A DNA stretch of 64,000 bases from a virus (lineage: Duplodnaviria > Caudoviricetes): the IMG/VR virus record IMGVR_UViG_3300029305_003884, positions 114,043 through 178,042 of that record; one strand, 5' to 3'. The position numbers were made by a program, and so were the translations under genes. Every line of letters starts with the position of its first letter. The first letter of the stretch is position 1. Below are positions 30,901 through 38,861 of this stretch, piece after piece. A model generated the notes under the pieces. It was not told the DNA's origin and did no database searches. It saw nothing but the letters and a program-made list of their open reading frames with translations.

Positions 30901-31155
30901 CGTTCCGCACTCAACGGTGAATACAAGAATGAACTTGATAATATCATCAAGGAACATGCATGGCGTATTGCCGAAGCGCTTGTCAAGGCATATAAGAACT
31001 CGGATGACACCCCGACGTTCGATGGCGCTATCCAATACATCAAGGATAATTTGAAGAGCGCTAACCCACTCCTCAGAGACAATCCTGATGAATTTGGCGA
31101 ATATGTCCGTAGCAACTTTGCCGTGAAGGTGAAGTATATTCTCGGAATCCGCTAG
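24928..31155 (+). CDS. Giant hypothetical protein (2075 aa), monocistronic late gene
   Basis: Uninterrupted ORF with its own promoter and terminator; no catalytic motif recognised. Confidence 0.8.
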   Translation: MNMPQIVLEAMSPKDIDKAVKADARENFQKLISYTFPITEEMAKNAHSYEIEKRVTEEHQPVTFEWVAKHYSDRDVGMMIDLAKSILPKKRVRSIFFSTKSPKEQAYYARQYHELAALKCDDGSDGVKDVPTVFERFLKLIGKKLNEKADNTFVTTYDKEGVPTTKKLDGEAQLNEVAGSYYSVLEEALKTNYVSVMKQMSTQKYTESEDVGRYAAFLRYIFQYVDDARTQRNPSTGEKKQMPLKELFGMGSENLARKVLSPISGSSLGAKTNWGSVLNAGNAILKRIDPSRLTNSNLDDIYIYPQYVVDVLSLTNETIPRFCAVLKNHNYGDIAEALSNGKPTGKAQNTKLDITSSRLIAALKDKGVISDCLKADLADVFKKWGDSWVTQEPSGNVTISLDKTLAERPKMDNADENTVRAVGVAIGQPKKRSNTFREYTGEDIVDQAHRDMTVAKATVVKNLSQEKIDAELERMKMEGVPLSQRLDNLKTDEGIGKAEDKLGRDIGKDMKAAKNYKGDAAETSVVFFTDDGKSHTYKVGPQIDIQLAKDVVPNVFFRKSQAGVYFIAIPHGVAFATMQNKEGEIIRNDTPDTLTDGLTCNNKRAIFASVKELMNSAIGRYSRAVAHDGKTGRIRFSSPAANNAYAQVLAALKEMKAQDLAFPDVKVTDMTGLVTLFKSILSVTVPDEENINEILKPFSTPGNDLTMTVETYNPATGKFVFNTKASPKTLVTHLKEMYNLGSPKVVMNVLNVLVPNRWNLSEWNYSNVVRAAKAMNAEGDEDEGDAQNAYYGDLNDAFKKAYERVFPNPDEANFDLEHTKDLRDEIVAELAEYGNNEAARDVLKIKFSDFTDFTRQLENVGKYNDADTDGQPDDGTDSVDYFDDHAVVDENGYNSYENYNDAMSHVDAQEDEESIPDTSAFGDDDSNLAQRALDSAIRTVCGTTEPSSIDAARTSRIQTTLAKLLVKLQSKGFIRIKIAHAVQSIQFKNYADFRNKYWSIVADAIEKRPGVSDNRLRMDKFVEDDINAYAKPMYFTKQILRSGLDDAAYNGSDRMVIPVMGALMIKYATEHAIKNNSLEQLFDRDDLVESFNENFTKEYDEKKSAGTPDFNAYAAMKQKIDADPEYITKVANIVVKNADGVVKDVMGVPVGSGSMPVQFDAQTARTPGSPGRVLVDFCLYNVESDKTAERNRLHEAFGASNSIRIMLEKLRRSVPSECLSIDYGNVPNGPGKLDTMDAKKIEESEWSNLKSYYGRASIWKDRYSSLKSKIDDIYRLGSPDAFEVDAGDTSPYKYDNKMIDLGAVHDFFTSLMTLASTYNDLGASEKNGSVTERQVARQMTLNNEVQRQKVLINSHFMKLKASFDSIYNGVKNGGTLTEKQKNIVDMVMHEVVLNPMNVLINNNARLITAFAYYEALVGMKGERDLSPTGREYGFGSDAAKGLGKEGEIVGRNSAVDTADAGLQLVYTIMGTKGIREKAAQIEKHISPEKAKSDFEEYFAEFGSQYPTAVDLLNSVSTKEELKKKKGDRMFFCDYAGDIPKRITESESLYMARVRQIRTSEMILLMFNLSSDILNSVNGHGYGNDMNEYHRIMAAQGGLVNSDAMADGSIEILSKKLLNELVNVDAELALATDAVSKRGGNNPAEKARGVLRGREKYPQNKTNEFIDELVSDDKLDVNKMQDLLVEMGRDGNPTLVGGGSAMNLDASLDVLDVGDNNMLIHSNNKLKLRQGDFLVIRAGNAVRVANVQAVAGDAKLRNYYIDRVYDLKVGDEKVPFSRFQSRNVLSPRDLMDRFDDVIVTLGEWHDDYPDFVPADIIHKLIVLNQVYRTSACSDVMKSAVSYYAWRASNYREESLKPQEIVFKGAPINGSVVRKLVLAIVEDLKKFGRGGELEHLDRYDTIWNMLPDDFREVAAQFNLSIGSPSAGKEEAKDYSNIVKATSLDLNQKNIMSSLVAAIGKRYGRVKLAYIDKALQKPEIKQNYNINDAEVQNMRSALNGEYKNELDNIIKEHAWRIAEALVKAYKNSDDTPTFDGAIQYIKDNLKSANPLLRDNPDEFGEYVRSNFAVKVKYILGIR

Positions 31156-31174
31156 TGCATTAGACATATTTAAC

Positions 31175-31206
31175 AGAGCCACCGTTGAAATAACGGTGGC
31201 TCTTTT
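31175..31206 (+). terminator. Rho-independent terminator
   Basis: Perfect 12-bp stem AGAGCCACCGTT/AACGGTGGCTCT followed by Ts. Confidence 0.88.
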
Positions 31207-31244
31207 ATATTGTGTTCCAGGGGCATCCCCATTTGTTTCGGCGT

Positions 31245-31254
31245 TATAAACTAT
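31245..31254 (+). promoter_or_regulatory. Late-type promoter TATAAACTAT
   Basis: Exact motif upstream of 31280. Confidence 0.8.
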
Positions 31255-31279
31255 AGGTAAAATAGCCTATTACCACATT

Positions 31280-33685
31280 ATGTCGATGCTTGATGCTGAT
31301 TTTGATTTTACTGATGAGGAATTGGAGGAGATGGAGAAGGCCGCCTCTGATGCAGAAGCTGCGGAAAAAGAGGCTGATGCCGAGAAAGAAAAAGCTGCCG
31401 CCGACTCATTTTTCTCATCACAGGAAGCAGATGTTTCTGAATCTGACTTGGATGCATCCTTGTCTGAAGATGAGGACGAAATGTTTAGTGGTGTAGAAGG
31501 CGAGGACTCTGATATCTCCTCTGTCGATGAGAACGAGGAGTTTTTAGCTGACTTGGGCCCGCTGGATGAAGATAAAGGTGGAAAAAGAACGAAAAGTATA
31601 TTCGATTTGGGAGGATTTCGGAAAAAAGGGCGCCCTGGCCCAAGCCGTTCTAGGAGGCGTGAGGAGGAAGTCTACGATGATGATAATGATGGTAGGCCTG
31701 AACCATCAGTCTACATACCGCTTGGCGAATCATTGAAGCAGGCCGCAGAGGACAATGATGTTGACTATGCTGACGTTTTCTCGTTCATCATGGCGATAGA
31801 CTCATCGGCAAACAAGACGATTTCTACCAAGTACGATTCTACTGTATACAGCGACGATTGTGACTATTTTGTACAGTTCCTATCAAAAGTATTTCAGGCC
31901 AATAGTCAGAGGACATTGAGTATCATCGTTTCGGAAGTCATATCTTACCTCAAAAGGAATGCGGGTATGACCTTTACGGCGATTGATATCATCATGTATT
32001 GCAACGAGCTGTATGCTCAGGTTGAAGACAAGGTCCAGGTATTCTCTTTTAACGCTATTGGATACACCAAGATGAGAGTCCTGGTGGAAAATGCGTTCAT
32101 TATTGAGTATTTGAATAACATCGGAATTTCTAAGGACCTGAAAGTCGGAAACAATGTAGACGATGCGGTTAATGGTGTCATCCAACTGGCAGTGGCGGTT
32201 GCCTATCACATGTACGAGAACATGCTTGGCGATTCCGTTGAAAAGTATAGTATGGCTTACAAGAGAATAGAAACCGATAAGCCAGAAATGCTCAATGTAA
32301 TCGAGGAAGGTGATTACGAGTCGTTCTATAAGATGTTGAGGACTTTTGGAGGTTCTGGGACTATTGGCATAGACATTCGTGATATCGACCTGAATGTGGA
32401 GTCATATTCTCCTGGCGAGGCCGCCGCTCTCTATGCGGCAGTAATAGCAAAAATGGACGAATTCGCCGCAAAGTATCACCGTACGTATGACAACGAGGAT
32501 GTCGAACGTGTAGTTGACAGCATCGTTAGTAGGGGTTACCGAGCTTCGCAGACGAATGCGATAGAGTATTATTGCGATGAGCTGTTCAACCCCAAGAAGG
32601 CCGTAAAGAAGAGCGACGACAAGGATACGGTAAGTGTTGACAATGGGATGAACATTGCGACGAAGGCTTATATTCCAGCGGGTTACGGCCTGAGTAAGTC
32701 TCACATCGAGATAAACAAGCCTTATACGGAAGTGTTCGGCATTCCCTTCATCAACATACGCCATCCGCTGTTCAAGACGATTGCGATGAGGTATAGCAAG
32801 AAGTATACCAATACCAAGGCCAAGAAATCTAATGGAAAACTAAGTGCCATGGACAAGGTGTTGGAGAAGCGCTTGCGTGACGTTGAGGTAAATGCGGATA
32901 AGGCCGAGCGTCAGCTGATTAAGGAAATCAAGAAGGGAAGCCTCATGTCTAAATTCTTGATAGGCGACACCAAAAAGGATACTCAGGTCGAGGGAGAAGG
33001 TTTGGGTCTAGTGTCTACCATCGAGAAGGGTCTCCGCAAGGTCACCTCGTTTGCATCAAATCCGAGACTCGTCAAGAACATATTGAAGCTCATCAAGATG
33101 GCCATGGACGGTGAGGAAACCCCTGTGTCAAGGAACACTCTTGTGGTTGCAACTAACAGGATGAATGCTTATGACAGGAACCCGCTTGTTTCTAACTACG
33201 AGAATGACCAGTATACTAATGTCAGGGTTGTCAACCCGACTAAGCCAGAGAAGAGTGCCGCTGTATCGAAGAAGTATTTGAAGCAGTTCTATGATATCGT
33301 AAATCCGTTGGAGAATGCTGACGAATATATTGCCTGTGGTGCGTTCTCGGCAAATCTGGTGAACGGATTTGAGGGAAGGGGTATGTTCAAGGCGCAGCTG
33401 AATACGGTCTCTGGCGGGGCTATTGACCCGAGCGCCGTGTCCGATGCTGCCATAACCCTGTTCCGTCAGGATATCTTGGCACACGGTGGATATCCGTACA
33501 CTTACGTGTTGACTGACCAGTTCACTGGCGAGAACAACCAGGTATACAAGATAACCCGTAACAACAATTTCTTCGGCGACCTTATAAGGCTCGATGTGGA
33601 CCTTGTTGCTATACATGTCAAGAAGGCGGGTATAGATGGAATTTTCATCATGGAGAACCATGATGCGGAAGTGCTGTTTAGCTAG
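31280..33685 (+). CDS. Hypothetical protein (801 aa) with very acidic N-terminus
   Basis: Long ORF; the first ~95 aa are D/E-rich, followed by an Arg-rich patch. Confidence 0.78.
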   Translation: MSMLDADFDFTDEELEEMEKAASDAEAAEKEADAEKEKAAADSFFSSQEADVSESDLDASLSEDEDEMFSGVEGEDSDISSVDENEEFLADLGPLDEDKGGKRTKSIFDLGGFRKKGRPGPSRSRRREEEVYDDDNDGRPEPSVYIPLGESLKQAAEDNDVDYADVFSFIMAIDSSANKTISTKYDSTVYSDDCDYFVQFLSKVFQANSQRTLSIIVSEVISYLKRNAGMTFTAIDIIMYCNELYAQVEDKVQVFSFNAIGYTKMRVLVENAFIIEYLNNIGISKDLKVGNNVDDAVNGVIQLAVAVAYHMYENMLGDSVEKYSMAYKRIETDKPEMLNVIEEGDYESFYKMLRTFGGSGTIGIDIRDIDLNVESYSPGEAAALYAAVIAKMDEFAAKYHRTYDNEDVERVVDSIVSRGYRASQTNAIEYYCDELFNPKKAVKKSDDKDTVSVDNGMNIATKAYIPAGYGLSKSHIEINKPYTEVFGIPFINIRHPLFKTIAMRYSKKYTNTKAKKSNGKLSAMDKVLEKRLRDVEVNADKAERQLIKEIKKGSLMSKFLIGDTKKDTQVEGEGLGLVSTIEKGLRKVTSFASNPRLVKNILKLIKMAMDGEETPVSRNTLVVATNRMNAYDRNPLVSNYENDQYTNVRVVNPTKPEKSAAVSKKYLKQFYDIVNPLENADEYIACGAFSANLVNGFEGRGMFKAQLNTVSGGAIDPSAVSDAAITLFRQDILAHGGYPYTYVLTDQFTGENNQVYKITRNNNFFGDLIRLDVDLVAIHVKKAGIDGIFIMENHDAEVLFS

Positions 33686-33694
33686 GTGGAATGT

Positions 33695-34426
33695 ATGAAC
33701 GAGAAGAAAATCTTTATGGAAGCCGTAGGCAATTTCGGTCTCACCGTACGACAGTACGAGAGCATTTCTCGGCTGTATGACGTGTGTTTCGAGGCGACGA
33801 TGAAGGACCTATCGGGACCCGTAGACAATCTCAGAAAGTACAGGAGCAAGGCACTCATGTTCCATTACAACGACCTGACGAGGAACCCGAAAACTGGACA
33901 TGCTGTTGTTCACTTCGTCGTTCCGTCGGCAAGCAATGAGAAGAATTACGACGTCTACATCGAGTTCATCCCGAAAGATGGAACTTTGTTCAGCATGGCC
34001 CAGGGCCCGATGACTCCAGCAAAGAAGATTGGTTTGCTGCGTTCGTGCGATGTGAAGGTGTTCTGCACATGTCCTGACTTCAACTGGTCTGGCATGAAGT
34101 ATAACCTAAAGCATATTTACGACAGCTACCTTTCTGGATACGAGTCCATTGAAGGTGTTCCGCCTGGTGGTGAGGATATTCCTCCCAATGTTAAAGACCC
34201 TCATCACAAGAATAGGGTGTGCAAGCACTTGCTTGCGGCGTTTAATGCAGTTATGACGAACTGGATGACCATTATCAAGGCAGCCAAGAACTATCGTATA
34301 ACAGATGAGCCGCCAGTGAACGAGGAACCTGTCGAGGAAACCCCGATAGAACAGGCTCCGGCAGAAACACCAGCGGCTACTCCCGAAGTAGACGAGAATA
34401 TCTCGCCTGACGAAAACGGAATTTAG
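33695..34426 (+). CDS. SWIM zinc-finger protein carrying the shared N-terminal leader
   Basis: 'FCTCPDF...VCKHLLA' matches the SWIM CxC...CxH pattern. Leader IFMEAVGNFGLTVRQYESISRLYDVCFE. Confidence 0.75.
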   Translation: MNEKKIFMEAVGNFGLTVRQYESISRLYDVCFEATMKDLSGPVDNLRKYRSKALMFHYNDLTRNPKTGHAVVHFVVPSASNEKNYDVYIEFIPKDGTLFSMAQGPMTPAKKIGLLRSCDVKVFCTCPDFNWSGMKYNLKHIYDSYLSGYESIEGVPPGGEDIPPNVKDPHHKNRVCKHLLAAFNAVMTNWMTIIKAAKNYRITDEPPVNEEPVEETPIEQAPAETPAATPEVDENISPDENGI

Positions 34427-34488
34427 TTTTAAAAACGTATTTTAGTGTATGGGCCAGCATTGAGCGATGGTGGCCTGACGCTCTCTAT

Positions 34489-34498
34489 TATAAACTAT
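34489..34498 (+). promoter_or_regulatory. Late-type promoter TATAAACTAT
   Basis: Exact motif upstream of the head cassette. Confidence 0.8.
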
Positions 34499-34531
34499 AT
34501 ACGAATGTAATGATTATTGTGGTTTTCGGTG

Positions 34532-34711
34532 ATGTCAATACCAGGACTTAAAGACAATGATGCACGCTCGCTCATAAGCTATCTGCTTAATGGCGACTCC
34601 ACAAACGTGGAGAAGTTGGTCAATGCCTATATGGAGTCCGCATATAGCATCTGCACGAAAGAGAAGACCAAGATAGTCATGGAAAGTATTAACTCACCCA
34701 AGAAGGCGTGA
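34532..34711 (+). CDS. Small prohead core protein (T4 gp67-like)
   Basis: Directly upstream of the protease. 'LISYLLNGDSTNVEKLVNAYMES..KEK' follows the helical pattern I recall for gp67. Confidence 0.5.
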   Translation: MSIPGLKDNDARSLISYLLNGDSTNVEKLVNAYMESAYSICTKEKTKIVMESINSPKKA

Positions 34712-35460
34712 GTAGGGGAAGCGTCATGGGAAAGATGCGTGAAATCATTGGCGTACCGAATTTCAACGACAGTAAAGTGACTGTTGCGGAACGCACCGAC
34801 TTGTATGGAAATAAGGTTAAAAGGCTTATCCTGGAAGGCACCGCTATCGTGTGTGACGAACCAGGTATTAACGGTCGTTCATATCCTCGTGCAATCATCG
34901 CCAGGGAAGTTGAAAAGCTGAACAGGACGAAGATACCTCTTGGACGACTCGCCGCTGAATTGAACCACCCCCGTGTCGACATGGAAGGAAATCCGAAGGA
35001 TTACCCGATTTTCGAGATGAACCTTTGGAAGACTTGTGCCGTCATCGAGGAACTCCGAATGGACGGAAAGAATCTGTACTGTCGAATGGTTGTTGCCGAG
35101 GATACCGACGCTGGTCGAAACCTTGCAGGCCTCATCAAGGCTGGCTACACTCCTGGCTACTCCCTGCGTGGTGCGGGTGATACCATCGAGCTTCCCACTG
35201 GCTATGAAGAAATCGACCCTGATTATGTATTGATTACTGTTGACGTTGTTGGAAACCCGAGCTTCGACAACAAGGCTCTCATCACGAGTCATTTCGAAAG
35301 CGACGCTGGAAAGAAGAAGGCACACAAGATTCTTACCGAGAGCATCAATCGCTATGGAAAGGAAGTTGCCTTGAATTACAGCCTGCGTAATAAGAATTTC
35401 CTAACTGACCGTTATCATTGCTACAACAGGGAAGCTCTACTCAACAATTTGCGTGGATAA
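34708..35460 (+). CDS. Prohead core protein protease (T4 gp21-like)
   Basis: 'NGRSYP', 'ELNHP' (catalytic His), 'GYSLRGAG' (catalytic Ser), 'VDVVGNPS'. The start may be ATG 34726. Confidence 0.9.
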   Translation: MSRGSVMGKMREIIGVPNFNDSKVTVAERTDLYGNKVKRLILEGTAIVCDEPGINGRSYPRAIIAREVEKLNRTKIPLGRLAAELNHPRVDMEGNPKDYPIFEMNLWKTCAVIEELRMDGKNLYCRMVVAEDTDAGRNLAGLIKAGYTPGYSLRGAGDTIELPTGYEEIDPDYVLITVDVVGNPSFDNKALITSHFESDAGKKKAHKILTESINRYGKEVALNYSLRNKNFLTDRYHCYNREALLNNLRG

Positions 35461-35471
35461 GGTGACAAACT

Positions 35472-36422
35472 ATGGAACTGTCAAACATTTTAACAGAAGA
35501 AGAACTTGGTAGCATCGCCCCTTCGATTGTTGCGAAGATTGAAGCGAGCTGCAACAAGGCGATAGCCGACTACGAGGCGAAGGGCGACCGGCAGTTCAAG
35601 TCCTTGGTCGAGGCCGTGTCTGGACAATTTGATGCGTTGGTAAAGCCAGCTGTTCAGAAGAAGGTGGACAGCATGGGCGATAACGCTGTCAAGGGTAAGC
35701 TTTTCGAGGCTTTGCAGAAGATTGTGAATGTTCTTGAAGAATGCCAGATAGAGACCACGCAGGAAAGGGAAGCGAAGAAGGCTGTTGCCCAGTTGAAGAC
35801 GGAACTTCAGGAGAAGGTTGTCGAATACAAGCGTGCCATGAAGCAGCTTATGTACGCCAAGATTGCCGACAAGGTTCTCCGTGAGACCAACGGCTATCGT
35901 CCAGACCTCCAACAGAAGGCGGTCGAATACTTTACCAACCCTTCTCTGGACATTTCCCTAGACGACCTTAAACGTGAAGACATTTTCAACTACATCAATG
36001 GTATCGAAGACGACAAGATTTCGAGCAACGAGTTCAGCGGAATCGGTGAAATCAAGGCTCCTAACCAAGTCGATATGAATGAATTGAACGAGATAGCCGA
36101 CAGCCTGATGCATGACGACATCATGGACAACGGACTGACGAACTATCGCAAGAACAACCTCGCCGTTAACGAAGTTAGGTATCCAGCTGGTGGAAACGCT
36201 GCTGTCGGCAAAAGGATGCGTCCTGCGCCCAAACTGGCCTCCGTAGGCTTCGGCAGCAAGTCTGCTGCATTTGAAGCCCTTGGGCAAGGACTATCCAAGA
36301 ACAAGGTGTATAACAGCCCCGATGTTACCAAGGAAATGCTCGCCCAGCCGAGTTCGCTGGACAACGACGTTTCCGATGATGATGTCAGGCAAGCCCTGAG
36401 CGCAATGAACGTGTTCTCGTAA
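35472..36422 (+). CDS. Prohead scaffold/core protein (gp22-like by position)
   Basis: Immediately after the protease; coiled-coil-like, E/K/A-rich; begins 'NILTEEE'. Confidence 0.6.
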   Translation: MELSNILTEEELGSIAPSIVAKIEASCNKAIADYEAKGDRQFKSLVEAVSGQFDALVKPAVQKKVDSMGDNAVKGKLFEALQKIVNVLEECQIETTQEREAKKAVAQLKTELQEKVVEYKRAMKQLMYAKIADKVLRETNGYRPDLQQKAVEYFTNPSLDISLDDLKREDIFNYINGIEDDKISSNEFSGIGEIKAPNQVDMNELNEIADSLMHDDIMDNGLTNYRKNNLAVNEVRYPAGGNAAVGKRMRPAPKLASVGFGSKSAAFEALGQGLSKNKVYNSPDVTKEMLAQPSSLDNDVSDDDVRQALSAMNVFS

Positions 36423-36445
36423 CCAGTTTCCACTTTACACCAAAC

Positions 36446-36479
36446 GAATGGGGGTCCTATCTCACGGGGACCCCCATTC
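36446..36479. terminator. Strong intergenic hairpin (terminator or processing site)
   Basis: 12-bp perfect stem GAATGGGGGTCC/GGACCCCCATTC; no clear U tract. Confidence 0.6.
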
Positions 36480-36501
36480 AAATATTGTATTTTATATAAC
36501 G

Positions 36502-38841
36502 ATGAATCCTAAGCACGACGAACTCTGGAAACTCCCGCAAGACACGCTCGCTCTTGCATCGGAATATGACATATCTCCCGTTGTCAACGACGAGGAGATT
36601 GCTGGCATGGACTTCTTGACGGAGGAATCCGATGGCAAGGTAAACTACGACGAAATAAAGTACGAGATTCCGACGGATACGAAACAGATACTCCAAGCTA
36701 ATGTGGAATACGGACTTTACGAGCTCTCCGAAGCCGACCGTGTATTGAAGGATAATGTCAAGTACATAAGTCTGAAATATATATGCAGGAACTTGAACCG
36801 TACGGTGGAATGGGTAATCGACAGGGATATCCTGCACAACCTATTCTACATTCTTGACAGCAACGGGGATAGGCTTTACCGTGAACCCGAGGTGGTGGAA
36901 CGGTGTAAGTTTCTGGCCATCGAGTTTAGAAGGAAGGACCTTCCGTTCTCCACGTTCGGTAGGATGGAAGCCGCTGAATATCTCGGGGTATCACAGGGAA
37001 AGTTCGAGTCTATCGTGAAGGATATTCCGTTCAAGGAACAACTTTCTACCGACGGCGAAAAGCACGTAGTGTACTACAAGAAGGACCTTGATGTTTACTA
37101 CCGTCATCACAATTTCTTGGACATTGTCGCAAAGGCCAATGCAACCATTTCTTTCGAGGATGTCGTAGATATAATCGGAAACGTGTCGAAATCTAACGAG
37201 TTCTTCGCCGTGTACAAGCCGAGAAAGATGAAGACGATGGATGGCTATGTGACAGACAGGTACTCGTCCGATGACGTAAGGAAATTCATCGATTCGCACA
37301 AAGGCGACACATCTATCTACAACCCGTTGAAGGATGTCATTTCTAGCGACATGGCTAGGATATACATTGGGGCTACCAAGAAGGAATGGTTGCGTGCCAG
37401 GTACGAGAAGAAGCTGATACGCCCAGTCAGGAAGGCAAACGGTTCAAAGCTTAGTAGACCTGGAAAGGGATTCGCTATGTTCCTCGTGGATGACCTCGAC
37501 AGGTACATGTATGAAAGGGATTGCGGCGAACTGTATGGACTCGGAAAGGAGTTCATAACGAGAAAGCATATCAAGAACAGATACGGTGTCAATGACAAGT
37601 GGATTGACACTTACGCAAAGGACAGCGACAAGGTTCATGTAAAACTGGCTTCGGGAAACGTGATGACATGGGCGACCTATCATTCCAGCAAGGTGAAGGA
37701 AGTGATGGTGGGTATCAACTATGTAGATATCGAGGCTTTAATCAAGGGTGGAAACTTCATCGACATAACCCGTGAATTTATCAGGAAGAAGTTGAAGATT
37801 GACAAGGAGGAGAACGCAAAGCGCTACAAGAAGGGCAAGTTCTCCATCCTGATGATGCACAAGAAGTTTGTCGAGATGAGGAAGAAGAGTCCGTATCAGT
37901 ACCACGAGGTAACCGACGACGATGTCACCCTCGCTCTCGATACGAAGATTAACGAACCCCGATTGGTCATGGCCGAAAAGAAACGTCTCCTTAAAAAGAT
38001 TAAGCAGAAGGAAATCGAGCATGATAACAAGATGAGGGAGATACTCGGTCTGACACCAGTCAAGTGTCCTGGAGTCACCAGCAACGATGTCGTCAAGTCG
38101 TTGACGTCGCCGCAGGTGTTCCGATGCATATACAAGAGGGGCGAGGTTGACCTTTACAAGCGGTTTGATGGCGGATACAAGACGTATGATTATGTCTACC
38201 ACCCGAACCATTACTTCACTAGGAAGCACAGTGCCGACAGGGTTTCCCTGAGTGTCAAGGCGTTGTTCTCGGGCATGTTCAAGATGGAGGAGGAAACATT
38301 CAGTTGTCCCCCAGATTGGTTTGTATATATGGACAGCTCGACCTGCATATCGGATATCTTCTGGAAGGAAAAACTCGATAGGCTCCCGAGCGATGTCGGC
38401 ATGGTTGGTACTTACGGTTGGAAGACGGTGCCTGCCTCGTTCAACTGGCACGAGAGCCATGATTCTTACGGATGCTACGAGGGAATGTCGATTAAGGACA
38501 ACAGCACGAGGAAAATCGTTGGTGAACTCGGGTTCGGTGAACTTACGGACGTGGCAATTCTTGGTGGGCCTGTATTCGCAATAAGGGCGAGCATGATACA
38601 AGACATCCTCCGTGTCCGTATATTGAACGGGTATGTCATAGGTGACGACCATATTGCGGCTGAGTTGTCTATGTTCTGCCACGAGTGCCGCCAGAGGGTG
38701 TGTGTAATTGACACGAATGTCGTAACCTGTATAGATTACATGGATTACGTGGGCGGAGAGGACTGGGATGAGGACCAGATTAACTTTGTTTTGCGTTGGC
38801 AGCACCGTCTGTCAAAGATGAGGGAAGCCCCGACATTATAA
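36502..38841 (+). CDS. Tandem excisionase-type HTH repeats fused to a GT-A (glycosyltransferase-like) domain
   Basis: 'MEAAEYLGVSQGKF..YYKKDLD' and similar repeats; C-terminal 'WFVYMD..VGMVGTYG..VAILGGPVFAIR..ELSM..RVCVID'. Confidence 0.55.
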   Translation: MNPKHDELWKLPQDTLALASEYDISPVVNDEEIAGMDFLTEESDGKVNYDEIKYEIPTDTKQILQANVEYGLYELSEADRVLKDNVKYISLKYICRNLNRTVEWVIDRDILHNLFYILDSNGDRLYREPEVVERCKFLAIEFRRKDLPFSTFGRMEAAEYLGVSQGKFESIVKDIPFKEQLSTDGEKHVVYYKKDLDVYYRHHNFLDIVAKANATISFEDVVDIIGNVSKSNEFFAVYKPRKMKTMDGYVTDRYSSDDVRKFIDSHKGDTSIYNPLKDVISSDMARIYIGATKKEWLRARYEKKLIRPVRKANGSKLSRPGKGFAMFLVDDLDRYMYERDCGELYGLGKEFITRKHIKNRYGVNDKWIDTYAKDSDKVHVKLASGNVMTWATYHSSKVKEVMVGINYVDIEALIKGGNFIDITREFIRKKLKIDKEENAKRYKKGKFSILMMHKKFVEMRKKSPYQYHEVTDDDVTLALDTKINEPRLVMAEKKRLLKKIKQKEIEHDNKMREILGLTPVKCPGVTSNDVVKSLTSPQVFRCIYKRGEVDLYKRFDGGYKTYDYVYHPNHYFTRKHSADRVSLSVKALFSGMFKMEEETFSCPPDWFVYMDSSTCISDIFWKEKLDRLPSDVGMVGTYGWKTVPASFNWHESHDSYGCYEGMSIKDNSTRKIVGELGFGELTDVAILGGPVFAIRASMIQDILRVRILNGYVIGDDHIAAELSMFCHECRQRVCVIDTNVVTCIDYMDYVGGEDWDEDQINFVLRWQHRLSKMREAPTL

Positions 38842-38846
38842 ACTAT
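38837..38846 (+). promoter_or_regulatory. Late-type promoter overlapping the upstream stop codon
   Basis: TATAAACTAT contains the TAA stop at 38839-38841. Confidence 0.75.
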
Positions 38847-38861
38847 GAATGATTAGACTAT

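Noticed and set aside
24928-31155. Virion RNA polymerase
   Set aside because: No DxDGD or other polymerase motif was recognised.
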